64,000 nt of DNA from Mobula birostris (lineage: Eukaryota). A program made the translations under genes and the position numbers. Shown here one piece after another: positions 11,650 through 25,549 of this stretch (position 1 is the stretch's first letter; every line of letters starts with the position of its first letter). Below the pieces are notes generated by a model. That model made no database searches. It was not told the origin of the DNA and saw nothing but the letters and a program-made list of their open reading frames with translations. The stretch lies in NCBI RefSeq assembly GCF_030028105.1, contig NC_092374.1:39751016-39815015 (forward strand), given 5' to 3'.

Positions 11650-14510
11650 GGACAAATTCTTGGGTATATTTAAGGCAGAGGTTGATAGCTTCATGATTAG
11701 TCAGGGCATGAAGGGCAGGAGATTGGGGCTGAGGGGAAATGGATCAGGAATGAGGAAGGTAGACAGAGGGGGTGGTGCGGCTCTACTGGTGAGGAATGGC
11801 ATCAAATCAATAGAAAGATATGCCATAAGATCGGAAGATGTTGAACCCTTGTGGGTTAAGTTAAGAAATTGCAAGAGTAAAAGGACGTTGATGGAAGTTA
11901 TATACAGGCCTCCCAGCACCGGCTGGGAAGTGGACCACAGGTTACAACAGGAGATAGAAAAGGCAAGTCAAAAGGGCAATTTTATGGTAGTCATGGGAGA
12001 TTTTAACATGCAGGTCGATTGGGAAAATCAGGTTGGTAATGGATCTCAAGACAGTGAGTTTGTTGAATGCCTAAGTGCCCAGAGATGGCCAGGAAATCAG
12101 TTATACTGGATTGGGTGTTATCTAATGAACAGGAGGCGACTAGAGAGGTTAAGGTAAAAGAACCCTTAGGAACCAGTGATAACAATATGATTGAGTTCAA
12201 CTTGAAATTTGACAGGGAAAAAGTGAAGTCCGATGTAGGAGTATTTCAGTGGAGTATGGGAAATTACAGTGGTATGACAGAGAAGTTGGCCAAAGTAAAT
12301 TGAAAGGAGCTTCTGGCAGGGATGTCAGCAGAGCAACAATGCCATGCGTTTCTGGGAAAAATGAGGAAGGTGCAGGACACGCGTATTCCAAAACTAAAGA
12401 AATACTCAAATGGTAAAATGGTACAACAATGGCTGACAAGGGAAGTCAAAGCCATTGTAAAAGCAAAAGAAAGGACACAGAACAAAGTAAAAATTAGTGG
12501 GAAGATAGAGGATTGGGAAGATTTTAAAAACCTAGAGAGAGCAACTAAAAAAAAAATCTTTAGAAGTGAAAAGATGGAATATGAAAACAAGCTAGCAAAT
12601 AATATCAAGATGGATAGTAAAAGTTTTTTTCAAGTATGTTAAAAATAAGAGAAAAATGAGCGGATATAGGACTATTAGAAAATGAGGCAGGAGAAATAAT
12701 AACGGAGGACTCAGAGATGGCTGATGAACTAAGTGAGTATTTTGCATCAGTACTGTGGAGGACACTAGCAGTATGCCTGAAGTTGTAATGTGTGAAGGAA
12801 GAGAAGTAGGTGCAGTAACTATTACAAGACAGAAGGTGCTCAAAAAGCTGAAAGACCCAAAGGTACATAAGTCACCCGGACCAGATGAACTGCACCCTAG
12901 GTTTCTGAAAGAGGTAGCAATAGAGATTGTGGTGGCATTAAAAATGATGTTTCAGAAATCACTGGACTCTGGCATGGTGCCTGAGGACTGGAAAATTGCA
13001 AAAGTCACTCCGCTCTTTAAGAAAGGAGGAAGGCAGCAGAAAGGAAATAATAGACTAGTTAGCCTGACCTCAGTGGTTGGGAAGATGTTGGAGTCAATTG
13101 TTAAGGATGAGGCGTTGGAGTACTTAGTGACACAGGACAAGATAGTACAAAGTCATCACGGTTTCCTTCAGGGAAAATCCTGCCTGACAAACCTGTTGGA
13201 ATTCTTTGAAGAGATTACAAGTAGGATAGATAAAGGGGATGCAGTGGATGTTGTATATTTGGACTTTCAGAAAGCCTTTGACAAGGTACCACACATGAGG
13301 CTGCTTACCAAGTTAAGAGCCCATGGTATTACAGGAAAGTTACTAACATAGTTACAGCATTGGCTGATTGGTAGAAGGAAGCAAGTGGGAATGAAAGGAT
13401 CCCTTTCTGGTTAGCTGCCAATAACTAGTGGCGTTCCGTAGGGGTCAGTGTTGGGACCACTCATTTTATGCTGCATATAAATGATTTACATGAGGAAATA
13501 GATGACTTTGTTACCAAATTTGCAGCTGATACGAAGATTGGTGGAGGGGCAGGTAGTGTTGAAGAAACAAGTAAAATGCAAAAGGACTTAGACAGATTAG
13601 GAGAAAGGGCAAGAAAGTGGCAAATGAAATACAATGTTGGAAAATGCATGGTTATGCACTTCGGCAGTAGAAATCAATATGCCAACCATTTTCTAAACGG
13701 GGAGAAAATCCAAAAATCTGAGATGCAGAGAGACTTGCGAGTCCTTGTGCAGAACACCCTGAAGATTAACTTGCAGGTTGAGTCGGTGGTGAGGAGGGCA
13801 AATGCCATCTTAGCATTCATTTCGAGAGGTCTAGAATACAAGAGCATGGACGTGATGCTGAGGCTTTATAAGGCACTGGTGAGGCCTCACCTTGAGTATT
13901 GTGAACACTTTTGGGCCCCTCATCTTACAAAAGATGTGCTGGCACTGGAGGGTCCGGAGGAGGTTCACAAGGATGATTCCAGGAATGAAAGGGTTATCAT
14001 ATGAGGAATGTTTGATGGCTCTGGCTCTGTACTCACAGGAATTCAGAGGGATGAGGGGCGATTTCATTGAAACCTTTTGAATGTCGAAAGGCTGAGACAG
14101 AGTAGATGTGGAAAGGATGTTTCCCATGGTGGGAGAGTCTAGGACAAGAGGGCACAGCCTCAAGATAGAGAGCTGCCCTTTCAAAACAGACATGAAGAAA
14201 TTTCTTTAGCCAAAGGGTGGTGAATTTGTCGAGTTTGTTGCCACTTGCAGCAGTGGAGGCCAGGTCGTTGGGTGTATTTAAGGCAGAGATTGATAGGATC
14301 TTGACTGGACAAGGCATCAAAGGTTACAGGGAGCAGGCTGGGAACTGGGGCCGAGGAGGAGAAAAAAAAGGATCAGCCATGATAAAATGGCAGAGCAGAC
14401 TCGATGGGCCAGATAGCCTAATTCTGCTCCTCTGTCTTATGGAAATGGGGAACAGGCTCAAAAGGCCAAATGGCCTAAAGCTGCTCCTACATCTTATGGT
14501 CTTATGAAAT
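11650..14510 (+). mobile_element. 5'-truncated CR1 LINE (endonuclease and RT pseudogene with 3' tail)
   Basis: GGGAALLV, YRPP, MGDFN, KSPGPDELHP, LVSLTSVVGKMLE, YLDFQKAFDKVPH, KFAADTKIGG, LYKALVRPHLEYC; tail tcttatggtcttatg. Confidence 0.92.
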
Positions 14511-14760
14511 ATCAAAGGTGGATAGCTGGACACCCTGCCCCATCACTTTTTATACATTCCAGTTACAGAGTTTGTAACATACAAGAAATCACTATTTATT
14601 TCAGTAAAACCTCTTAATCATGGAGTCACAGGTCAAGATCTTTTATGTTTACAAATGGCAAAATTCCAGTTGCCCAAGGCCAAACCAATATTTTAAAAAA
14701 TTTTAAACTTAAAAGAACAATTGTTGGTTCAATTTCAAATATATAATTGCAATTTCTTAC

Positions 14761-14896
14761 CTATCAAGGGAACCCGAGAGCAGCCTCTGCCCTGAACTGT
14801 TTAAACACAAACAAGTGACAGTCTTGTGGTGATTTCGTAAAGAAGCCAACAACTGACCTCCTTTTAACAGGTCCCAGACTTTAACAGATCGACCAC
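14761..14896 (-). CDS. UTP15: UTP15 coding exon 6 ([45 protein letters not shown])
   Basis: 136 nt with AG/GT borders; WD40 repeat close to the human sequence. Confidence 0.95.
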
Positions 14897-15537
14897 CTTT
14901 ACAAAGGCAAGAGCACTCAATTAGAATAATTTACATTAATTAAACCAAACTACTTTCTCCATTCATTCACACAATGTAGCCTTTGTTGGCAATAACTGAA
15001 AGAGGCAGTTAAGAGCCACTTGGCATTGTATACTGGCTAATCCAAGACAGGATGGCAGATTTCCTTCCTGAAGAATCACAGATTTTATAAACAATGATTC
15101 TTGGCTGGTCAGCATTTCTGACACTAGCTCCTTCTTTATCCCTGATTTACTTAATCTCTAAAATACCCAACAGCAATGTTGAGATTTGTACTTGTACTTT
15201 GGTATCAATTTGATAGTCTCTAGGTGCTCTATGGAGGTTACAAATCACGTTGTGACATATCTGTGTCAATAAGTTGATCCATTGCCAATGTAAGACCAGG
15301 ACAGAAAAGACACGAATAACTGTCAACTCAAAATAAACCAGTAGGCTCCTTCACTAAACAATCTGCCGTAAGAAGTCAGCAGTCTCAGAAACATCTGTAG
15401 GGAGGGATTGCAATTGTCAATGTTTTGAGTCAAACACCCTGCATTCAAGAGTCCTTAAATGATTCTTTTGACAGCACAGTTAACTACAAACCCGAATGAT
15501 CCAAATCACTATTTCCAAACAATCAAAGGACATTAAC

Positions 15538-15663
15538 CTGCTGATACAAGAAGTCCACCCGATGGAAAAAGCAACACACTCTCTACTGGCTGCCCATGTT
15601 CCATTGTCATTACGCTTTTATCCATTCGGGCATCAAACACCTTCACAGTATGATCATATGAAC
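15538..15663 (-). CDS. UTP15: UTP15 coding exon 5 ([42 protein letters not shown])
   Basis: 126 nt, acag|...|gttaat; highly conserved sequence. Confidence 0.95.
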
Positions 15664-15939
15664 CTGTAAATAAGGAAAAACAACCACCTTTTGATTCAGC
15701 ACAAAAAAAACATGGTACCAATTAGATAAGAGTGTTGATTTTGTACTTGCTTCTGTCTGCATCGAGCTGTGATTTCCCTTTTGGTCTTTTCCCATATAAT
15801 TACATCAACAACCAAATTACAATGATTAAATTACAAATAGCCAATCTCTGAAAGCATCTGGGTTGTTCATATATCCGAAAGGTACATGTTAACTGTTATC
15901 TTATTATGGTGCCAATTAGTTATCTGTAACGGTACATAC

Positions 15940-16118
15940 CTGTAACAAAGAGATCTGTATTCAAATTGCTAGTGCAACCACATCGTACATAATCAGTATG
16001 TTCTGCAAAGGTGTGAAGTTCCATTGCACTTGGAATGTCCCAAAGACGGACAGAGTAATCATCTGATCCAGACATTAAACGTTTTTTGTCAGATAAGAAC
16101 GCAGCGACTTGAACCGCT
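15940..16118 (-). CDS. UTP15: UTP15 coding exon 4 (AVQVAAFLSDKKRLMSGSDDYSVRLWDIP...HTDYVRCGCTSNLNTDLFVT)
   Basis: 179 nt, ccag|...|gtatgt; WD40 motifs. Confidence 0.95.
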
Positions 16119-16465
16119 CTGGCAAAAAAAAGTGTAGACTCAATTGATCTTCTATTTGAAAAACAAGCACAATTCTGAATTTTAAGAATATTCATCACCT
16201 TCAAGTCACATCTCTTCTAAACGCAATAAAGATATGAAAATTTAATAAATTACCAAAAGGACAATAAACTTCTTATTTTAATTAGTCTTTTCAATTTTGC
16301 TAACAATAGGAACTCAAAACAACATATGGAACAAAGCGATAGCCCAGAAGCTCATTTTAAAATACATGTAACTAACTTCAATCTTTTTTTTTAGGAACAC
16401 TGATGATTTCCATAATATCCAAAATTGAGGATATGGGAACCAGGTAAGAAAATGGGTCAGCATAT

Positions 16466-17436
16466 TGTCACATACCCCGTGACGGGAATAAAGATCCAGC
16501 AGAAATGGAAAACACTTTGGAGTCCAGTATTGCTATTGACTAATAATATTTATTAATAATTACACAAAACAATAATATAAATGTAGATAAATCAAGCAGG
16601 TTAGCAAAGATTTTATATATATATATAAAAAAAAAGTAAGTAAATCAGTAAGTGTAGAAATATACGTGAAAAACCAAGCTTCTTTAAGTTTAGGGGTAAA
16701 AAGATACAGTCTTACAATGATGAGTAAAGTTCAGTTCAGTTCGTGGTATTGAGTTGAGTAGTGATGGAGAGAGAGAGGGAGATTTATGTCTTCAGGTGAG
16801 CTGACGCTGTCGATCTTCTCGTTGTCCTCTGAAATCCTTTTAAGAGTCACCGACTGTGACCTCAACAAAGGGGACCGGTTTTCTGTAGTGGAGCTATCAC
16901 CCAGGCAAGGGTGGACACATGGACAACTCTCCACTGGTCACTGCCTTTTCTTTTCACTGCAAGAGCCACTGATCGATCCTCCAAAAACCCACTTTTTCAG
17001 CAGGCACAACAAAGCTCATTCAGTGTCCACAAACATGTGTCTGAGGTCTATATCATCTGACCTCCTATTTATCTCACCGTACTGGATACCAGCTGTCATT
17101 CAAATAACTCCTCCTTCCTCCCTCTGTGTAAGAAATGCACAAGCATACTTCCTTGAGAAGTATCAACACGTTGCCGAAAAAATTATAACATCGATTGTCC
17201 ATCAAATAACACTGCCTTCAGTCACCATAGCAACTTACGAGCTGCTCGGTGCCATCTCCAACAGAGCAGAAATCCAAAAGTTAGCCAGTTCCTTCTCGTG
17301 CCTTAAAGTGACAGTCCAACAGTTAGTCTTCATCTCTCTCTCTCTCTCTTTCCAAATCAACATGTCGGTGTTGAATAACTCTCTCTCTCTCTTTTCAAAA
17401 GCACAGTTCATAGGGGTAATTTAGGACCCTGTCACA
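16466..17436 (-). mobile_element. Solo LTR (971 bp), Gypsy-type
   Basis: TG...CA termini, 4-bp TSD ATAT (16462-16465 and 17437-17440), minus-strand AATAAA near 16550; interrupts a CR1-tail-like remnant. Confidence 0.75.
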
Positions 17437-17784
17437 ATATGATCAGCTGTGATAGTGAATGGATGGGAAGGTTCTTGCTCTGAAGTTACAGGACATAGAT
17501 TAATATGTAACCATCAGTGCACATTGTAACTACAGCCTTCAGATGATTTTCGATAAATATTTGAAGTAAAAAGTGTGAGAAGTGCAAAAAAGTGTAAAGA
17601 AGTGCAAAATTTTGAATTGCTATAGCAAGGGGCTTGCAGAGACACAACAAGCCAAATTATTCTCTTTAGGTTCCAAGATTTCTTAAAATTGAACCTTCTA
17701 CATTTCTATCATTGTCTTAAATAAGTATTCCATCATTTCAGTTAACCTCTTAACCTCGATGCCTTCAGAAGTCATAGTGGTACC

Positions 17785-20640
17785 TGTAGTGTATTTAATA
17801 TTTCAGTATTATAAATATATTGTTTGATTAAGCATTCTTTATTTACATAATTCATTATATGTACGAAGTACATGAGTGGCATATATTATTACTCCACCAC
17901 ACCATTTGTGAGCACCTTAGAAACTACAGTAGACAAGATACGGTATACTGGCTCATGTTTTTCTTTGATTAGTTTCTAGAGTTACAAAACATAACTGTGG
18001 CGACAGGGAAGATTCCGAGACAAATAACTACCTGTTGAAGTGCAGCATGTTTTTCTTTGAAAGGGAGGGAAGAGAGAGAAGTTCAAGTTAAATAACAAAG
18101 CACAGAACATTTTTCTTTGGAAGGCGTGTGGGACTTCCAAGTTTAAAAAAACAGGCAGAAACAGACAAAATTAACAAGCTTTGGGTTCACAAGCAGAGTA
18201 CAGGGTGAAAATAATAATATATTTTAAAAAGCAAAAATGGCTGGCTACATCAGAAAGATAGATGTGTTTAATTGCACAAGATAACTGGATGATATATACT
18301 GAACAAATTGAGCAGTAGTTTGAAGCAAATGAAATAGTCGATGAAAAATGAGTGCCAGTGTTGCTGATTGCAACAGGTGGAAAAGCAGCTTGCTTAGAAG
18401 TTTAACTGCTCCAACCAAGCCAGTTGAATGAGATTTGCTGATACCATGAATGCAATGCAATAACATTTAGAAACAAAACCATTGTTGATTGCAGAACACT
18501 TTAGTTTTCATAAGCAGAATCAGAGGAAGGCGAGTCCATTCAGCTTATGCGGCTGAATTGAAGAAATTGCCCGAGCATTTTTAGGTCAGTGATGGCCGTA
18601 ATGATGTACTAAAGACGGTTCAGTTTGTGGAATCTTACAAGCAAGCATTCAAAAATGACTCCTAACTGAAGCACAACTTACATTTAAAAGAGCCATTGAA
18701 ACCGCTTTGATACCAATGAAAGCAGCAGCCAGAGACGAAATTGCATTGTAGTCAGGAATGAAAGTGAGCATGAACAAAATTGCATTGTCTAAATGGAAAC
18801 CTGCCTGGCAGAACAAATTGCGTTTCCATTGCGTCAGGGGCTCACATACATCAGACAAAAATGTAGGTTTAAAAGGCAACAGCTGCAGAAAATGCAAGAA
18901 AGTAGGACACATACAAAGAACATGTTGGGCAGACAAAAATAAATGCACTGCACAGTGGTATAAACAGAAGGGCCAGTATTGTGGGACAGTGATTAGCTGA
19001 GACAACTACAATTTGATTGGAGGTGCATTCACTATTTGCATGCCACATCCCTTGGAATACAGTCAACTGAAAGCAAATGTAAAAAGGTACTGGATGATGC
19101 CACAGCAGTGTTCAAGGATGGCATTGGAAAATTCAAACATAGCAAGGTTAAAATAGTGTTAAATGCAAATGAAACACCCAAGTTTTACAAAACCCATCTG
19201 GTTCCTTACACCATTCATGATGAAGTAACCAGTCAGCTGGATTGCACGGAGGCTGAAGGAATTCTTTCGAAGGTTGAGCAGAACTATGGACAACGCCAGT
19301 GATCCCAGTAGCCAAGAAGAATGGGTCTGTCAGGATCTGTGGTGATTTTAAGATCACCATCAACCCTGCACTGAAAGTAGATCAATATCCTCTGCCCATG
19401 ATAGAGGATATATTTGCAAACCTTTCTAGAGGAAAGCACTTCAGCAAAGTGGACGTAGCGAGGCCTACCTACAGATGGAGATGGAAGATGAGTCCAAAAT
19501 TATTCTCACCATATTCTCACAAAGGGCTTTATCGCTATAATAGGCTCAATTTTGGTAGTATATGCACCTGTACTCTGGCAGAAAGCTATGGACCAGGTGC
19601 TGCAAGGCTGCTTCGGCATTCAGTGTTACCTGGATAACATCACTGTTACCGATGAGGATGAGAAGAAATATCTCCAAAACCCCTGGATAGGTTACAAAAA
19701 GATTAGCAGATTACAGGCTCAAAGCACAATGCAACAAGTGTGATTTCCTTAAACCAAGCATCACTTATTGTGGTCACACCATTAACACACAAGTATTACA
19801 TCAGTGTGCTAAGAAAATGCAAGCAGTAGTGGATGCCCCAAGGCCAAAGGAAATGTCACTTTTGCCGTCTTTTTAAGGATTTGCCAATTACTAGAACAGG
19901 TTTCTGCCAAACCTGGCTACTGTGCTCCACCCCTTGAACTCATGACTGCAGATCAGAAGAAATGGCAATAGACAAAGCAGTGTGAGGCTTTCCAAAAGGC
20001 AAAGGAAATGGTGACAGCAGACACTACTCACACTTTATGATCCACATCATCCACTGAAGCTTGCCTGGAACACCTTGGCTTATGGTATAGGTGAAGTTAT
20101 GTTATGAGTGATAGAAGTAAATACCCCATGGCCTTTGCATTACATTCACTTACCGCTGCAGAGTCTGGTTTGGAGTGTAAAATGTTTCAACCAACACCTG
20201 TATAGGAGAGAGTTTACCCACAATGCTGACCATCTACCACTGGTGTCCATTTTCAATCCACAGGAGGGTGTTCCACTAACAGCAGCAGCACAAATGCAGA
20301 GGTGGGTTGTGTTTTGGAGGACAGTTACAAGATTGAATTCAAGAGGACAACCAATCATGGAAATGCTAATGGATTGTTCTGTTTATCCTTGGAAAAGGAA
20401 ATATCTTAAAAGTTTACAAAAGAGGGCACTCCTCTTGACCTATTCTCCCTAATGCAAATTGAAAGTCTCCCTATTATGGCAGAGATGACCCAAAGGGAAA
20501 CAAGAAAAGACTCCTCACCGTCTCAGGTCTACATGCCCACCCAAAATAGCTGGAATGTGGAGTAGAAATCCCAGTTCCCCCATTTTTACCAGTACCGGAA
20601 TGAACTTGCCCTTGACGGGGTTTGCCTTCAGAGGAGATTC
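17785..20640 (+). mobile_element. Degenerate Gypsy LTR retrotransposon A: 5' LTR, PBS, gag, RT and RNase H
   Basis: LTR ~17785-17996, PBS tggcgac at 17998, gag MAGYIRKIDVF and Zn knuckle CRKCKKVGHIQRTC, RT PVAKKNGSVRICGDFKITINPALKVDQYPLP and CYLDNI. Confidence 0.88.
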
Positions 20641-23600
20641 TCACCATTACAATACACAAGAGATGGTTTTCCTTCCTCCATCTGTCTTTCAGGGTAAAGA
20701 CAGCTCCTTCAATTTTCCAACAGCTTATGGACACCATGCTGAGTGATAATGTCAGTGTTGCCACTTACTTCAACAGCATCATTTGATGGGTATGAATCAG
20801 ACAGAACTACGTCAACACCTGGATAATGCTTTGAACAAACTACAAGACTTTGGAGGGAGGAGAAGATGGTGGCGCAACGCAGCGCGCGCAGTCGTTCCGA
20901 ATGAGTATCGACATGTGTAACTACAGGTGCTGTGCACAATCCGGATTTGATGGAGACAGCTGTGAAGCACAGAGGAACATCTGGAGAAACTACTGAAATG
21001 CCTGCTTTGCTGCCACTGCTACTGTGCGATCGAGAATCTCCGGAGACGAAGGCCCCAAATCCTCGGCTTTGCGTATCGCCTGTTGCTGGGGCCGGGGTCG
21101 AAGCGCTCCACAGAGATGGTGCTCAGTGCTTGGTGTTGAATAGGTGGTCGGAGGCTTGGAGTTTTTCGGACAGACTCGGAGTCGGACTGTGGTCAGATGC
21201 TTCCAGGATGCTGCATCGACAAGTTGGCGGCGCTGGAGGTTTACCGTCTGCGTGAGATGATGGGACTTTTGAGAGACTCTGAGACTTTTACTATGCCATG
21301 GTCTGTTCTTATCAAATTATGGTATTGCTGTGCACTGTTGTAACTATATGTTATAATTATGGGTTTTTGTTAGTTTTTAAGTCGGTTTGTCATGTGTTTT
21401 TATGATATCATTCTGGAAAAACATATTTATCATTTCTTAATGCATGCATTACCAAATGACGATAAAAGGGGACTGCATGTCCTCATAATCATAATGACTT
21501 TGGATTGCAACCTTAGGAGGAAAAAGGTACCCTCGTGATGTCTTCAATCAAGTATCTGGGATTCATAGATGAGCAGTTACCGCCCCAGATCTTGAAAATA
21601 TCACTGCTATTTTAAGGATGCCTCCGCCATCGGATGTCAGCACTTTACGATCATTTTTGAGCAGGATCAACTGCTAGTCAGCATTTCTCCCAGCAATACA
21701 CTGGCTGAAGGAGCCACTCAATGTCCTGTTCAATAAGGGTGCCACGTGGAAATGGTCCAAACATTGCCAAGAGGCCTTTGATCAGGTGAAGATATGCTGT
21801 CACCGACCTTCTCTTGACACATTTCAACCCCGAGCTGCCAATCATCGTTGTGATGGATGCATCCAACTACAGGGTGGGAGCGGTCATATCCCACATCTTC
21901 CCTGATGGTTCTGAAAAAGCCGTCATGCATGCAGCAGAAAGGAACTATGTAAAAGTCAAGAAGGAAGCCTTGGGAATCATCTTTGCTGTGAAGAAATTCT
22001 GCAAGATGCTTTAGCGTAGACGCTTCACTTTCCTAACTGATCACAAGCCATGCTTTTCCATCTTCGGGTGTAAGACAAACATCCCGGTCTAAACAGCTAA
22101 CCGTTTATAAAGGTGGGCAATGATGTCATTATCTTATGATTTTGAAGTCAAGTACATGTCCACCCAGGAACTTGGTCAGGCAAATGCTCTCTCTAGATTT
22201 TTGAATCAGCAGGTTACTGAAAACTGAGATTTAGTCAGGGCTGCAACTCCAACCGATTGCTAAGTCAACCTGGTTGTATTGGATGCTGCTGAAGGTCTGG
22301 TCATGGTTGACAAGACCAGAGTAGAACAGCTGCAGATTATCTTCTTCAGTGTACCTCCAGATACCTCATTGCCAGACGACCAGTCAAGGTTGAGGAAGAT
22401 GTAAGGGTACGCCCTTTTATCGATGTCATACATTGCTCTCAACTGTGGACTCCTGCATAATGTTTGGAGACAGAATAGTGATTCCACAAACACTTCAACC
22501 AAAACTAGTGAAACAATTCCATTGCGGTCACCTAGGTATCAAATGAATGAAAGCCGTGGCAAGAAGCTTTGTACAATGGCCAGGCGGCAGGAATGAAGAT
22601 TTCACATCCAGATACAAGCAGTGTACTCAGTGCTCTATGGTAGTAAAGAATCCAAGTACAGCCGGTCCACAACCATGACCTCACACTACCAGACCTTGGA
22701 GTCGAATGCATATTGACTTTGTTGGCCCAATCTACACTGTCCTGATTGACGCCTATTCCAAATGGCCAGAAGTATTATCTATGAAGTCAGCAATGACAGA
22801 GGTTACCATTCATCAGGTGCTGCAGATCATTAGCCACTTTGAAATGCCAGAAATGCTTGCTTCTGATAACGGCACTCAATTCATTTCACAGCTGTTTGCT
22901 GCATTCTGCCAGAACAGCATAATTATCGACACCCGCTCACCCCCAAACCATCCACAGTCCAACGACCAAGCAGAGTGTTTGTGGATAACCTCAAACAGTT
23001 GCTTCGGAAATCTGGGTGGGGGTGGGGGGGGGGGGGGGAAGAACATCGGCCCAGATTATTTCCTGATGCCACATCCAGGCGTCAAGGCAAGTATCCTGCT
23101 AACGCACTTTTGGAAAGAAAACTGCACAGTGTTGGATGCAATACTGCCACATTTGAGACAGCAGATGGACAGGTGCACAAAGCAGTCACACAAACCTTGG
23201 TCGATGGGTGAAGTCATTCGAGCCCTGAGGTGCAATGTGGGCCAGACAGTATCGCAATGGGCAAGACCCCTAGGTACCAAGTCAGATTGTCAAAGGAATG
23301 GGGAAAGTGCTGTACGAAGTTATCGAAGACAGTCATCACTGGCATCGTCACATCAACTAGTTGCAACTACATGCTCCCAAAGGCACAAGTTGATCAAGCA
23401 GATCATTAAACACAAGAGCTGGACCTTCATCTCCTCCTGGAAAGGTTCGATTTACACTGACCAAACCAACCACCAGCACAAGCACAGCCGCAAGCAAAAT
23501 TGCGACAAGAAAGTGACTGCAGGCTGCCACTAAGAGACTGATGACCAGCATAATAAGCTAGTTGTTCCATTCCATATCAACCCTTGCCCCAAATCCTACA

Positions 23601-23884
23601 GGTAATCATCTTCAACAGGAAGGTGTTACAGCAAGCTGAAACAACCAATGCCTATTGGTCAGCTGACAATCATTCCCAGGCTGACTATCACTGATTGGAC
23701 GTTGTGCCTATCAACGTCTTGAATGTTCTTGGGTACTTAAATAGTCATACTTGGACTATACTGTGGAGTTTTGAGATTTTTATAGTTGTGTGGTTTTACT
23801 GAATAAAGATTTATTTTAGTTCTGGCTTTGTTCTATCTCCTGGCTTTGAGTCTCATCAGAAGTCATAGACATGTGAACCCAACA
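20640..23884 (+). mobile_element. Degenerate Gypsy retrotransposon B: RT, RNase H, integrase, PPT and 3' LTR
   Basis: KTAPSIFQQLMDTML; [14 protein letters not shown]...[14 protein letters not shown]; HIDFVGP, IDAYSKWPEV, SDNGTQF, HPQSNDQAE. Purine tract then LTR 23624(TG)-23884(CA) with AATAAA at 23802. Confidence 0.88.
20855..21495 (+). mobile_element. 641-bp non-autonomous non-LTR retroelement
   Basis: 9-bp TSD gactttgga (20846-20854 and 21496-21504), GC-rich head gggaggagaagatggtggcg, AT-rich 3' half, (cataat)2 tail. Confidence 0.8.
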
Positions 23885-24011
23885 GCTTCAAAATAATGCC
23901 TTTATGAAACAGATAGGAAGAAAGAGGTTTATTAACAAGTACTTACCACAGACAATTCTTGGGCATAAACTTAACCATTTCTATCAAGTCTAATCTTACA
24001 AAAGAACTTAC

Positions 24012-24196
24012 TTTGTATGTCCACTGTACTGTCTAAGTGCTGCACGCCCATCAACATCAAAAAGACGAACAATTCCATCCTCACAGCCTGCTAGAAGCAG
24101 CTTTCCATCATCTCTGTATGTGCCACAGTACGCCGTATCATTAAATCGGGAGAATGTTTTTATTGGCTCTTGAGAATACCGCCCATATATGTGGAT
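24012..24196 (-). CDS. UTP15: UTP15 coding exon 3 ([41 protein letters not shown]...GHTK)
   Basis: 185 nt, ccag|...|gtaagt; [18 protein letters not shown] matches human UTP15. Confidence 0.95.
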
Positions 24197-24324
24197 CTGG
24201 ACAAAAGAATGTAGACTTCCATTAATTTACAAGTCTATCATGCTAAATAAACAAACTATTAAAGAGTATAAACAATGCATGGTTACTCAAGTTTCCAAAG
24301 TGTTTTTCTTATTTATATTATATA

Positions 24325-25363
24325 CAGTAGACTCCAGTTAATTGGGCCATTGGTTAATTGGGGCAGCTGCTTATTTGGGACAACTCTTAAAGAAAATCAA
24401 ATTGAGAAAATAGCCAGTATTCCCTTCATTTATTTGGGACACTATTTCACTTAACTAGGGCAGGACACATGCATAACATTTTCTAACTAGCGTCAGTCAC
24501 GTCCAAGTTAAATAACGTCAGTTACGGGGGTGTTTGTGTTCAACAAGTAGTGATTTTTGTCACTAAAAGTTGGTGAGAAATAAGCAGCAAGACAATTCAA
24601 AACAGTTTTCAAGCGTTTAGACTTGGAGGTGCCAGAAACAGTTGGGAGTGAAAATGAAATGGTTTCACTACAAGAAGTCAGGAACTATGAAGAATTTGAA
24701 AGTATTGACAAATCCTGAATGTTACCTTGGGTCCCCATCAGATACTCGGCTCTCAACCGTGGCTCCAAGTAGCAGTTTGCATGTAACAGCTGCAACACAG
24801 CAGTATTGTACACTGCTTCAACAGGCAGTCTAAACCAGATGCGGATAGCTGGCAGATTTCATATCCCAGTGAGATAGGCACATGCCTATCCTAGTATGCG
24901 AAGTCAGCTCTGGCGGACTGGGCAGATGAAATCTATAGTGAGCCAGGAAGGCAGTTCTGCAAAACTCCGTGCAGAGCCAAGGGCATGATGAGGCTCAGAA
25001 ATAATGGTCATTCACTGCAACCAGGGAAGACCCCAGTTGTAATGTCTACTCACACCACTTGATCCCGACTTCAAAGTTCAAAATAGTGGAATTGCCCCAG
25101 TGCAATGGCTTTTCCGTTTTAAAAACTCTCCCACACAGGTTTTCTGTCAGTGTTGGATACAACAGACAACCACCATTAGTATTAGTAGTGTTCTAATTTG
25201 TTTCATATTTCATTTAAATGCATAATTTGTTACTCAGATAAATGGTAGTCATCTTTTTTAGATCTTTTTACTGTTTCCATAAAACTTCAACTAATTGGGG
25301 CAGCCACTAAACCGGGCCAAAATGTACTGGTCCCAATGTGTCCCAATTAACCAGAATCCATTG
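24325..25363. mobile_element. Tigger/Pogo-like non-autonomous DNA transposon with an internal insertion (~24730-25180)
   Basis: Imperfect TIRs cagtagactccagttaattggg and cccaattaaccagaatccattg, flanked by TA on both sides. Confidence 0.75.
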
Positions 25364-25549
25364 TATATTGAACTTAGCATCAACTAACCCTTCACAAAAT
25401 TCTAAGTAATTCTGAAAAGGCATCGATATTTAAGACATCATTATACATTTGGCCTCTTTACTGGATTTAATTCATTTTCTACCAATTTTATATATGCAAG
25501 AAAATATTCAACCAACAAGTGCTCTTTCATCATCAGGTTTGGATAAGTG

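Noticed and set aside
16786-17424. 212-aa ORF as a novel gene
   Set aside because: It lies antisense within a solo LTR bounded by TG/CA and a TSD, includes CT microsatellite translation and has no recognisable domain.
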